Source: an uncultured Candidatus Saccharibacteria bacterium
GTDB lineage: Bacteria; Patescibacteriota; Minisyncoccia; Phycocordibacterales; JBBTRF01
Length of the DNA stretch: 64,000 nt
Direction: 5' to 3'
Assembly: GCA_964602975.1 (NCBI GenBank)
Contig: CAZRTH010000001.1
Coordinates: 5,385-69,384, forward strand
Positions 28,303 to 36,517 of this stretch are shown in pieces. Made by a program: the position numbers and the translations under genes. The stretch's first letter is position 1. Each line of letters starts with the position of its first letter. The notes beneath the pieces were generated by a model that searched no databases, had not been told where the DNA came from, and saw nothing but the letters and a program-made list of their open reading frames with translations.

Positions 28303-29616
28303 GTGCGGACCGCAAAGCATATGAAAGCCCTGTTCAAAAAGATCATCATCGCCATTCTCCAATGGGAGGCCAGACTCGTGCTCAGAAGGCATCATCCGAA
28401 GATCGTGGCTGTCACCGGCAGCGTGGGGAAGACGTCGACCAAAGATGCCATCTACGCCGCTCTCGCTTCATCATTTTTTGTACGCAAAAGCCAGAAGAGC
28501 TTCAACGGCGACATTGGCGTACCTCTCACCATTCTCGGTCTGCAGAACGCTTGGTCCAACCCTTTGTTGTGGGCCGAAAATATTTGCAAAGGCCTGATGG
28601 CCGTATTTTCCTCGCATCCGTACCCCGCATGGCTGATATTGGAGATCGGGGCAGATCGGCCGAAAGATATTTCGCTCATCATGGAGTGGATCAAGCCTGA
28701 TGTCGGAGTGGTGACGCGTATTGGCGAGGTGCCGGTACATGTCGAATTTTTCAAAGATCGCGCAGAGTTGGTGTTTGAGAAAAGCCAATTGCCACGAGCG
28801 GTGAAGGCGGAAAGCGGAGGCGGCTTGCTGCTGCTCAATCTCGACGATGCCGATGTTGCCGGTTTCCGACCGCTTTCAAAAGCAAAGGTGATGACGGTGA
28901 GCCAATCCGGGCAGGCTGATTTTCGAGCAGATGCATCGGAGGTGTTGTATGAGGGTGGCAAACCGGTCGGTATTCGCTTCGCGATCCACCATCATGAGAA
29001 AACATATGAGGTGGTCCGCCGAGGCATTGCCGGCAGTCATCATTTGTATCCGGCACTGTTTGCGTTTGCTGTTGCTGTGACACAGGATGTGTCTCCGGAA
29101 AAGGCTCTTAAGGGGCTCTCAGATGAGATCAATACGCCTGGCCGAATGCGCATCTTGCCGGCGGTGAAGGGTGCCACCGTCATCGACGATTCATACAATG
29201 CCTCTCCGGTTGCTATGACCGAGGCGTTGAACACTTTGGCGGGGTTTGCTGCTCCGAAAAAGATCGTCATGCTCGGCGACATGATGGAGCTTGGCAAGCT
29301 TTCGGCTGAGGCGCATCACAAAGCAGGCATGCTTGCCGGTACGGTGGCAGATGTTCTTGTCACTGTTGGCGTACGTGCCCGCATGATGGCGGAAGGTGCT
29401 CTCGATGCCGGTATGGCCGATGCCAAAATCTTTCAGTTTGATCATGCTCAGGAGGCGGGGAAGTTTGTCGAGCAAATGCTTGGCGAGGGAGATATCGTGC
29501 TCGTGAAGGGTTCCCAATCGGTACGCATGGAGAGGGCGGTGCAGGAGATCATGGCCGAGCCTGAGCGTCGCGCCGAGCTCCTAGTGCGCCAGGATGACGA
29601 GTGGCAGAAGCGTTAG
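28303..29616 (+). CDS. murF: Mur ligase, probably UDP-MurNAc-pentapeptide synthetase
   Basis: P-loop VTGSVGKTSTKD; 437 aa fits MurF better than MurE/MurC/MurD; dcw position. Confidence 0.7.
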   Translation: MRTAKHMKALFKKIIIAILQWEARLVLRRHHPKIVAVTGSVGKTSTKDAIYAALASSFFVRKSQKSFNGDIGVPLTILGLQNAWSNPLLWAENICKGLMAVFSSHPYPAWLILEIGADRPKDISLIMEWIKPDVGVVTRIGEVPVHVEFFKDRAELVFEKSQLPRAVKAESGGGLLLLNLDDADVAGFRPLSKAKVMTVSQSGQADFRADASEVLYEGGKPVGIRFAIHHHEKTYEVVRRGIAGSHHLYPALFAFAVAVTQDVSPEKALKGLSDEINTPGRMRILPAVKGATVIDDSYNASPVAMTEALNTLAGFAAPKKIVMLGDMMELGKLSAEAHHKAGMLAGTVADVLVTVGVRARMMAEGALDAGMADAKIFQFDHAQEAGKFVEQMLGEGDIVLVKGSQSVRMERAVQEIMAEPERRAELLVRQDDEWQKR

Positions 29617-29658
29617 GAATGTGGTATATATTGAGGGCGCCGAGCGTGCCGTTTTTAC

Positions 29659-29730
29659 GGCCCTATCGTCTAACGGTTAGGACGGAAGCTTCTCAAGCTT
29701 TAAATCGGGGTTCGATTCCCCGTAGGGTCA
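29659..29730 (+). tRNA. tRNA-Glu(CUC)
   Basis: 72-nt cloverleaf. Acceptor GGCCCTA/TAGGGTC with G2-U71. D arm GTCT/GGAC. Anticodon stem GAAGC/GCTTT with loop TTCTCAA. T arm CGGGG-TTCGATT-CCCCG. Discriminator A. Confidence 0.85.
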
Positions 29731-29879
29731 CAGATTTTGAGCAAACGGAGTGCAGCGAAAAAGCGGTGACCCTAAGCTCGTACTTGAGCACGAGCGGCGG
29801 GGAATCGAAGGGGGTCTCCCATATTTTCGAGGAGTTCTGCTCCGAGAAAATGGGAAACCCGTACTGGTCCTGTAAGGAC

Positions 29880-29900
29880 CGATTCCCCGTAAGTCTCCAT
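29880..29900 (+). other. tRNA-like 3' fragment (cgattccccgtaagtctcca), shares a 12-bp core with the tRNA-Glu T-loop/acceptor
   Basis: cgattccccgta identical to tRNA-Glu positions 29713..29724; preceded by hairpin ggtcc-tgtaa-ggacc; part of a 445-bp structured non-coding stretch. Confidence 0.5.
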
Positions 29901-30175
29901 TTTACATGTTCTGGTGGTGGTTAGATAAGTGGCGGTCTGGGTTTGTGTGCGGAGATTTGGGGACGCGATTTGCGACGTCGGCTGGAGGACAGTGAGAAGC
30001 GGTAGGTCCAAATACAAAGCCACCCTCCGCGAGGAGGGTGGCCCTTGGATGTTATACCCTATCAGTTACGAGAACCGATAGACAGATACAATATAGCAAA
30101 ACCGAGCGAAAATGACAAGAATCTGGCGGATAGAGTTTTTTGTTTACCTCCGTTCAATATGATACGCTTTAACGC

Positions 30176-30793
30176 ATGTCCTCACTCCGGATGAATACTA
30201 AACCCGTAATCGCCATCGATATCGATGATGTTATTGCCGCAAACGCCACTGCGTTCATAGAATTCAGTAACAAAAGGTACGGTACACACCTGACCGTCGA
30301 TGATTACCATGAACACTGGGCCGAATTGTGGAAGGTCAGTCGTGACGAGGCCGAGCAGCGTGCAGTTGAATATCATGATTCCGGCCACATCGGAACATAT
30401 TCTGTTATCGAGGGAGCCGATCAAGCCCTTCGCCGACTAAAGAAACAATTCAAGCTCATTGCTTTGACGTCCCGCCGCAATTGCGTCAACCAACTAACAA
30501 GAGATTGGTTAGTGAAATATTACCCGAACATTTTTGAAGATATTGTGTTCTGTGGATTCTTCGATTCCCAAAAGGTAGGTATTCATTACACCAAAGGAGA
30601 GTTGGCCAAGTGTGCAGGAGCCGATTACATCATCGACGATCAGCTCAAGCACGTCTCGGCTGCCGCACAAAACGGTATCAAAGGACTTTTGTTCGGAAAT
30701 TATTTTTGGAATAAAGCCGATATTTTGCCGGAAAATGTTACTCGTGTTAAGGATTGGGAGGAGGTCTTGGATTATTTTAAGGTTGACAAATAG
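30176..30793 (+). CDS. HAD-superfamily 5'(3')-deoxyribonucleotidase-like (NT5C family)
   Basis: N-terminal VIAIDIDDVIA (DxDx[TV] HAD motif I); about 200 aa; typical NT5C size. Confidence 0.7.
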   Translation: MSSLRMNTKPVIAIDIDDVIAANATAFIEFSNKRYGTHLTVDDYHEHWAELWKVSRDEAEQRAVEYHDSGHIGTYSVIEGADQALRRLKKQFKLIALTSRRNCVNQLTRDWLVKYYPNIFEDIVFCGFFDSQKVGIHYTKGELAKCAGADYIIDDQLKHVSAAAQNGIKGLLFGNYFWNKADILPENVTRVKDWEEVLDYFKVDK

Positions 30794-30940
30794 GATCGAA
30801 TAGTGTTATTATACGACCGGTACTGGAGCTCTTTAAAAGCCGTTTTTTTCATTTTACTACAGCGGAAAGTCCCTCATGGAGCCAAGGTGGGCCTTCCTGC
30901 TGTAGTAAACCTTCTGCTAAGCAAGAATGACAAGAAGAAA

Positions 30941-31552
30941 ACTATGAAACACTTGGAATTAGTAGCACAGATTAAGTCTCTGCGTTGGGAGTTGGCGACG
31001 ATGCCTGATCTTCTGGGTCTCATGCTCCTCAGCGCCTGCGCGGCGACCGAGTTTGCGGAGTCACTCAGGCTGGCTCGCACGCTCTACCCGGGCAATCTAG
31101 CCTTCGAGGCTCTGATTGCAGGGGAGCTGGAGGTGGACAACATCCATTTCGCAGACTACCAGCGCCGCGGCGACCACAGCGCTTTCCTGTGGCATTTCAT
31201 CGAGAAGCACAACATTCACGTCAGGTGTCCTCGAGGAGTAAGAGAGGCTGGTGAGGTCTATCTTCGCTCAGTTCGCGCGCTTCCAGGTCACACTCGGGCC
31301 ATGAGCATTGTCTCTCGTGAGCGGGAGCTCCCTGGAATCTTCAGTGCGATACTGACTGCTCCGGGTTGGAATATGGAACCAGAACTGGAGGCGTTCGAAT
31401 ACTACCTCCAGCAACACATCGCCCTGGATTCTGGCGAAGGAGGGCACGCAGAGTTACTCTCGAGCTTCTCCGTGGATGACTCCGTCACCCCGTTTTACGA
31501 GGCTCGCCTGGAAATGTATCGCATTCTGCCTGTCCTCTTCACCGCACGCTAA
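30941..31552 (+). CDS. hypothetical protein, possibly DUF3050 / haem-oxygenase-like fold
   Basis: YYLQQHIALDSGEGGHAELL resembles the DUF3050 signature; weak. Start at internal Met. Confidence 0.35.
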   Translation, partial: TMKHLELVAQIKSLRWELATMPDLLGLMLLSACAATEFAESLRLARTLYPGNLAFEALIAGELEVDNIHFADYQRRGDHSAFLWHFIEKHNIHVRCPRGVREAGEVYLRSVRALPGHTRAMSIVSRERELPGIFSAILTAPGWNMEPELEAFEYYLQQHIALDSGEGGHAELLSSFSVDDSVTPFYEARLEMYRILPVLFTAR

Positions 31553-31653
31553 GTCATCTGAACCGCATTCAACACATCACCGGCAGCCTCCTGGAGGACT
31601 GCCGGTTCTTTTATTCCCTGGAGCCCGCGTACTAATTTGCTATACTTATCTAA

Positions 31654-32049
31654 ATGGAAAATCTCCCAACACCTCCTAAAGAGGCGATTCTGTATGAGGA
31701 TGCAAAGCTGTACATCTGCCTTGCTTCGTTCCCGATCACAAAAGGTCATACAGTGATCGTGTGGAAGACTAAGGCAGAGGACATACACTTGCTTTCTCGT
31801 GAGGACTACGAGTATTTGATGGATGCAGTGGATGTGGCCCGCGATGTTCTGTTGGAAAAACTGCAAGTTCAGAAAGTGTACTTGATGTACATGGACGAAG
31901 CTCGGCAGGTGCATTGGCATCTCATTCCTCGTTATGAAGAGCAAGGATTCAATTTACTTTTACATACTCCGGTCGAGACGACTGACTTTTCTCTTGCGTC
32001 GGTGTTGGAGGGCGATCTTCAAATCAAGATGGGGCAGTTTATTCAATGA
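31654..32049 (+). CDS. HIT-family hydrolase
   Basis: Histidine triad QVHWHLIPR (HxHxHxx) near the C-terminus; 131 aa. Confidence 0.8.
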   Translation: MENLPTPPKEAILYEDAKLYICLASFPITKGHTVIVWKTKAEDIHLLSREDYEYLMDAVDVARDVLLEKLQVQKVYLMYMDEARQVHWHLIPRYEEQGFNLLLHTPVETTDFSLASVLEGDLQIKMGQFIQ

Positions 32050-32052
32050 AAA

Positions 32053-32078
32053 AACGCGGCAGTTGCCTGCCGCGCTTG
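32053..32078 (-). terminator. rho-independent terminator for paralog A (hairpin cgcggcag-ttgc-ctgccgcg plus U-run on minus strand)
   Basis: 8-bp stem; the minus strand reads ...GCAACUGCCGCGUUUUUU; homologous hairpin at 34324..34345. Confidence 0.6.
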
Positions 32079-32113
32079 CGTGTTTGGTTCAAACCGCCCC
32101 AGGGGATCGGTGC

Positions 32114-32839
32114 TTAGTTCAACGGATTGCCATTCGCCGTAACGTCTTTCGCGGCATTCCGCCGGACGATGACGAAGTCGTGGCCGTGTTCGATCTCGAA
32201 GAGCTGCGGCGCCTTGCCGTTGTCGTGCTCTGTTTCGGTGGCATCCTCGGCAGGGAACTCGCGTTTGACGACGATCTTCCAGCCTTCACGGATTCCGACT
32301 TGGGTGCCCGTCTCGTGACGTTGAGGCATGTCGGCCAACAGGTGCTGACTGAAGAGAGTTGCAGCTAGGGTCGAGAGCGCCTGCAGCCGTTCCTGTCGCT
32401 GTTTGCGAGGCTCGACCTCGCTGCGATTTTTCGCGCGGGGCAAGGCGCCTGCTTTCTCAGCGAATTCGTTGCTCAGTCGGAAGAGTTCCATGGTGACGCG
32501 AGAGGTCACGACGCCAATCTCACGCTCGGTGTGAGGATCCATCGCCTGGAGGGGATGGAAGAGTTGGGAGTCTGCCGACTGTTTGCCTTGGTAGATGCCG
32601 GCCAGCGCGCGGAGGAACTGTCCCTTGTCCTGTTGGACCAAGGTCCTGCCGGGGAGGGTGATCACCTCCTCGTCCTGTGGTTTTTTGACCGCCCGACTTC
32701 CGTGACTTCTCAGCCTTGTGGGCTTGGTTTTCGGTGCCGTCGATGTCTTCATGGTGTGTCCTGTGTTTTGGTTTTTTCTCGGCCAAACTTCCGGTTGGCT
32801 CTCGGGTGCGGTACTCCTAGACGAGGAGCACGAATTCAT
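32114..32839 (-). CDS. hypothetical protein, paralog A of a two-member family (high GC)
   Basis: 241 aa; shares LRALAGIYQGKQSADSQLFHPLQ...MELFRLSNEF...KIVVKREFPAEDATETEHDNG with ORF 34378..34893. Confidence 0.55.
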   Translation of the reverse strand: MNSCSSSRSTAPESQPEVWPRKNQNTGHTMKTSTAPKTKPTRLRSHGSRAVKKPQDEEVITLPGRTLVQQDKGQFLRALAGIYQGKQSADSQLFHPLQAMDPHTEREIGVVTSRVTMELFRLSNEFAEKAGALPRAKNRSEVEPRKQRQERLQALSTLAATLFSQHLLADMPQRHETGTQVGIREGWKIVVKREFPAEDATETEHDNGKAPQLFEIEHGHDFVIVRRNAAKDVTANGNPLN

Positions 32840-32875
32840 AAAAACTTAACATTTCAAAGCGCTTGTTGTCAAATC

Positions 32876-33589
32876 ATGCGTAGTATCCTATTTATGTCTG
32901 AGACTTCGACATCCTACTTTGGTATACTTCTCCAAATGAGCAAGAGACTACTCCATACCCTCCACTGCCTCTGGCGCGGTGAAACAATGACACGGATCTT
33001 GATGCACGAGGGCCTCTCCCGCGAAACCCTGAAGGGGAAGGTGGTGGATATTGGCGGTGGCCGCAATCCTGCGTATTTCAACTATCTTCAGAAAGATGAG
33101 AGAGGCAAGACTGCTGTCTCGATAGAAGCCCTAGACGCCTCCATCTCTGGGATCGATTTTGAAAAAGACATATTGCCATATCAGAACAGCTCGATCGACA
33201 CTGTCCTGCTCTGCAATGTGCTCGAACACGTATACAACTACCGCTTTCTGCTCGGCGAGATCCTTCGTATCATGAAACCCTCGGCTCAGATGATCGGCTT
33301 CGTGCCGTTTTGGGTGGGATACCATGCCGACCCGCACGACTATTTTCGGTACACCGATGAATGTCTGCATCGTATCTTTTCGGAGGTTGGTTTCAAGAAT
33401 ATCCGCATCGTCCGTATCGGTCGGGGACCGCTCCTTGGCAATTTCAACACCGTCGTCCTTTCTCTGCCACGCTTTCTTCGCCCGATTCTTTTCTTGCTGT
33501 ACGAGAGTGCGGACCGGATCTTCGTGTGGCTACGTCCGAATAGCGTGAAGCGCAACCCGCTCGGATATTTGTTTGTAGCGGAGCGCTAG
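32876..33589 (+). CDS. class I SAM-dependent methyltransferase (Methyltransf_11-like)
   Basis: Motif I VVDIGGGRN, post-II LLCNVLEHV, IMKPSAQMIG; start set at the ATG at 32876. Confidence 0.75.
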   Translation: MRSILFMSETSTSYFGILLQMSKRLLHTLHCLWRGETMTRILMHEGLSRETLKGKVVDIGGGRNPAYFNYLQKDERGKTAVSIEALDASISGIDFEKDILPYQNSSIDTVLLCNVLEHVYNYRFLLGEILRIMKPSAQMIGFVPFWVGYHADPHDYFRYTDECLHRIFSEVGFKNIRIVRIGRGPLLGNFNTVVLSLPRFLRPILFLLYESADRIFVWLRPNSVKRNPLGYLFVAER

Positions 33590-33685
33590 TCGCCGACGTT
33601 GACAAAATTACAAAAACTGGCATAGTGTTGGAGGTTTCGGATCGACTTGCATTCACGCAAGAGTCCGAGTTTCGCTATTTGATTC

Positions 33686-34222
33686 ATGAAAACGTTCACT
33701 CCCATCACTGCGGCCGTTTTGGCCATGCTCGCTTTTGTCGGATCTACTTGGCGAGCTGGCGCCCAGCAAGCGCCTGCTCAGCCGGCCGCTGCAGCAGACA
33801 GCTTTTACGTCCTCACCAACAAGATCGAGTGGCTGTGCTCGCCGGCCATCCTCGGACCGCTCGCGACGAACGACGTGGCCTACACCGTGAAGAACATCCA
33901 AAGCAATGTCTGCGGGGTCTTCGTGATCTCCTATCCGACAAAACTGCCGGCGAAGACGCCCATCATCGTCGAGCGGCTGGATGACCTGCGAAGCTTCAGC
34001 TTCTATTTGAAAGTGGTGAAGGAAGCCAGCATTCAAGGCGGTCCACCGAGCGAATATGTTGATGGAGCGATTGTCGTTCTAGAACCTTCCAAGCCGGAAG
34101 AGGGAAAGAACATTGCCTACGTGAAGGTTGGGAAGATCTTCTACACCGGCCCGACTGGCATTCAATTCGGCCGTATTTCCAGCGAAACCTTCCATCTTCG
34201 ACGATACGGCACCAAGCCGTGA
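33686..34222 (+). CDS. secreted hypothetical protein (signal peptide), high GC
   Basis: MKTFTPITAAVLAMLAFVGSTWRAGAQQ signal peptide; no domain recognised. Confidence 0.55.
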   Translation: MKTFTPITAAVLAMLAFVGSTWRAGAQQAPAQPAAAADSFYVLTNKIEWLCSPAILGPLATNDVAYTVKNIQSNVCGVFVISYPTKLPAKTPIIVERLDDLRSFSFYLKVVKEASIQGGPPSEYVDGAIVVLEPSKPEEGKNIAYVKVGKIFYTGPTGIQFGRISSETFHLRRYGTKP

Positions 34223-34323
34223 TCAAGGACATTTGGTTCGCTAAGTCATACAGTCTGCGCCGCTCGCTCCCCGCGAGCGGCGCTTCTTTTTTTGCTTCAG
34301 CCAAATAAGAAAATAAGAAAAGC

Positions 34324-34345
34324 CCGGCAGTTGCCTGCAGGGCTT
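34324..34345 (-). terminator. terminator hairpin homologous to 32053..32078 (shared core ggcagttgcctgc)
   Basis: 9-bp stem with one mismatch; the minus strand is followed by a UUUUCUUAUUUU tract. Confidence 0.55.
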
Positions 34346-34377
34346 CGAGTTGTCGGACCGATTATTCGCTTCGAGGG

Positions 34378-34893
34378 TTACTCTTCGCAACCATTGCCGC
34401 CGTTACGGGCCAGACGCTCGCGTTCGCTCTGGATGCGCCGGGCCAGCACCTCGCCGAAGGAAACCGCTGTGCCGCCATTGAGCATACGAAGCATGGCCGC
34501 CATGGAGTCGGTCTCCTCGTTGGACTCGTGCTCGATGACGATGTGCCAGTCCACACGGAGGCCCAAATCGTCCTTCTTGAGCTTCGCGCCGATCTCGCCT
34601 TCGACCTCGACCCAGAAGAGCTGCATGGCAGTTTCGGTGAGGTTTCCCAGGTGCTTCCGTAGGTGGTTGTAGGCCTCCATCTCGGACGGATCTTTCGGCA
34701 ACGGCACTCCGAGAGCCCGCTGCTTGAACTCCATGCCGAGCCGGAAGAGTTCCTTCGCCATCTGGGAGGTGACGATGTGAACACACTTCTCGCCGAGCGG
34801 GTTGATGGGCTCGAGCGGGCGGAACAAGGCGCGGCCTTCGGAGGTCTTGCCCTTGTAGATGCGCGCGATCTCGTCGGCGAAGTCCTTTGAGCC
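34378..34893 (-). pseudogene. 5'-truncated paralog B of ORF 32114..32839 (possibly still expressed from the TTG at 34827)
   Basis: In-frame homology to paralog A (GSKDFADEIARIYKGKTSEGRALFRPLEP...) starts at the first sense codon after a TGA stop at 34894..34896. There is no ATG, only a TTG at 34827. The region further upstream is unrelated. Confidence 0.5.
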
Positions 34894-34973
34894 TCATTTT
34901 AAGGCTCCGTATTCCCGCTCTTTTATCCCCACTCTCCCTGCTCTGATTGGCGGATATTCGGTACAATGGAGGC

Positions 34974-35435
34974 ATGCGGAACACCTCAGGCTTGACTCTT
35001 GTTGAAATAATTCTCGTAGTAGCTATCGTGGGCATGATTGCCGCCCTCGGGAGCGTCTCTTTCAGCACAGTGACAGCGCGGCAGGCTCTGGACAAAAATA
35101 CCGACGCAGTGGTAGCGGTACTCGATCAGGCTCGCTCCTACACCACTTCTGCCAAAGCCGCCACCGTCTATGGGGTGCGCCTTCTTTCGACCGGCCCAGT
35201 ACTCTTTACCGGCACCACCTACAACTCCTCCGATACTTCAAACGCGCCCTTTGTCCTCGACCCGCGTCTTTCGATCTCCAATATCTCGCTGAATGGGGCA
35301 GGGCAGGATGTGATCTTCAACAAACTCACCGGTACGACCACCCAGTATGGCTCTTTCCGTGTCACTCTCACGAACACCCCGACATCATACCGAACCGTCA
35401 CTATTTATCAGACCGGCATTGTTGAGGCGCAATAA
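34974..35435 (+). CDS. type IV pilin-like / pseudopilin (prepilin N-terminus)
   Basis: N-terminal SGLTLVEIILVVAIVGMIAALG (G-[FL]-TLxE hydrophobic helix). Confidence 0.7.
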   Translation: MRNTSGLTLVEIILVVAIVGMIAALGSVSFSTVTARQALDKNTDAVVAVLDQARSYTTSAKAATVYGVRLLSTGPVLFTGTTYNSSDTSNAPFVLDPRLSISNISLNGAGQDVIFNKLTGTTTQYGSFRVTLTNTPTSYRTVTIYQTGIVEAQ

Positions 35436-35436
35436 T

Positions 35437-36000
35437 ATGTCGAATATACTGAATATGCCAAATTTCCAAAACACCGAAATCAAAACTGCAAAGCTGCGCC
35501 CAGCCCACCCCGCTTGCACGACCCGATCAGCAGGCTTCGGCTTGGTAGAGGTGATGGTCGCCGTCGGCATCATCGGCATCACTTCAGTCGCCATTTTCAA
35601 TGTGTATACAGCATATCTGCGCGCTGAATTGAACAATGTAAAAGCAGTGAAAGCGGCCTTTCTGATGGAAGAGGGGCTCGAAGCAGTGCGCCTGCTCCGC
35701 GACACGAGCTGGTCCTCCTTGATCGCGCCTGTCACGGCGAGCACTACGCAATATTTGAATTGGACCGGATCGGCTTGGCAATTCACCAGTACTCCGCAAA
35801 TGATCGATACGCGCTACGCTCGCACAGTAGTATTCACTTCTGTTTATCGTGATAGCAACAATCGCATTGCCGCCACCGGTACACTGGACCCAAACACTCG
35901 CGGCTTCACGGTGACGGTCGCTTGGCCGGATGACAACACCTTGCTCTCCACTTCCACGAAGCAGATCTCGAGCTATATCACCAACCTCTATGGCAATTAA
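35437..36000 (+). CDS. type IV minor pilin-like protein
   Basis: AGFGLVEVMVAVGIIGITSVAIF prepilin-type N-terminus; start moved to the internal Met ahead of the motif. Confidence 0.7.
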   Translation: MSNILNMPNFQNTEIKTAKLRPAHPACTTRSAGFGLVEVMVAVGIIGITSVAIFNVYTAYLRAELNNVKAVKAAFLMEEGLEAVRLLRDTSWSSLIAPVTASTTQYLNWTGSAWQFTSTPQMIDTRYARTVVFTSVYRDSNNRIAATGTLDPNTRGFTVTVAWPDDNTLLSTSTKQISSYITNLYGN

Positions 36001-36505
36001 CCCTCAAAAAATGTGCGGCTTCTCGCTGGTGGAAATGATCATCTACCTCGCGATCCTTACCGTCGTCACGATTTTTTTGGTGAATGGAATCTCCGCACTC
36101 ACCAAGAGCTACGCGGATATTCGCCTAGCGAAGGCCGTGTCGTCGTCCGCCGGAGTTGCTCTGCAGCGTATTGTGCACGAGACTCGCCAAGCGACCTCGT
36201 TCGATCTCGGTCAAAGCACCTTCGGATCCAATCCAGGTCAGCTCACTCTTGTCACCACCAACGGCAGTGGCGCCACCAGCACGGTCCGGTTCTTTGTGAG
36301 CAACGGGCTGCTGCGAGTGAGTGTTGCCGGCGTCGATCAGGGGCCGCTCACCCTTTCGGGAGCTTCTGTTACCAATTTCACCTTGTCGCTGCTCCAGAAC
36401 AGCATTTCCAACGGCGTGCGAATCACCCTCACGGTGCAGAGCAGCTTCGGCAACAAGACGCGCACCGAGACTTTTTACACTACCGCTGTCACCCGGAATA
36501 TGTGA
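35990..36505 (+). CDS. type IV minor pilin-like protein
   Basis: CGFSLVEMIIYLAILTVVTIFLV prepilin-type N-terminus. Confidence 0.7.
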   Translation: MAINPQKMCGFSLVEMIIYLAILTVVTIFLVNGISALTKSYADIRLAKAVSSSAGVALQRIVHETRQATSFDLGQSTFGSNPGQLTLVTTNGSGATSTVRFFVSNGLLRVSVAGVDQGPLTLSGASVTNFTLSLLQNSISNGVRITLTVQSSFGNKTRTETFYTTAVTRNM

Positions 36506-36517
36506 TGATTATCTAGC

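Noticed and set aside
29601-29924. 107-aa plus-strand ORF and 83-aa minus ORF 29772..30023
   Set aside because: Overlap tRNA-Glu and the structured non-coding region. No protein-like features.
29875-30175. Permuted two-piece tmRNA (ssrA)
   Set aside because: Acceptor-like and GGGGACG...GAUUyGAC-like strings are present, but no tag ORF ending in ..AA-stop and no canonical T-arm. Kept only as an open hypothesis in the findings.
34403-35095. 230-aa minus-strand ORF overlapping paralog B in another frame
   Set aside because: Arg/Pro/Ala-rich. The +1 frame carries clear homology to paralog A, and the 5' part overlaps the pilin gene upstream region.
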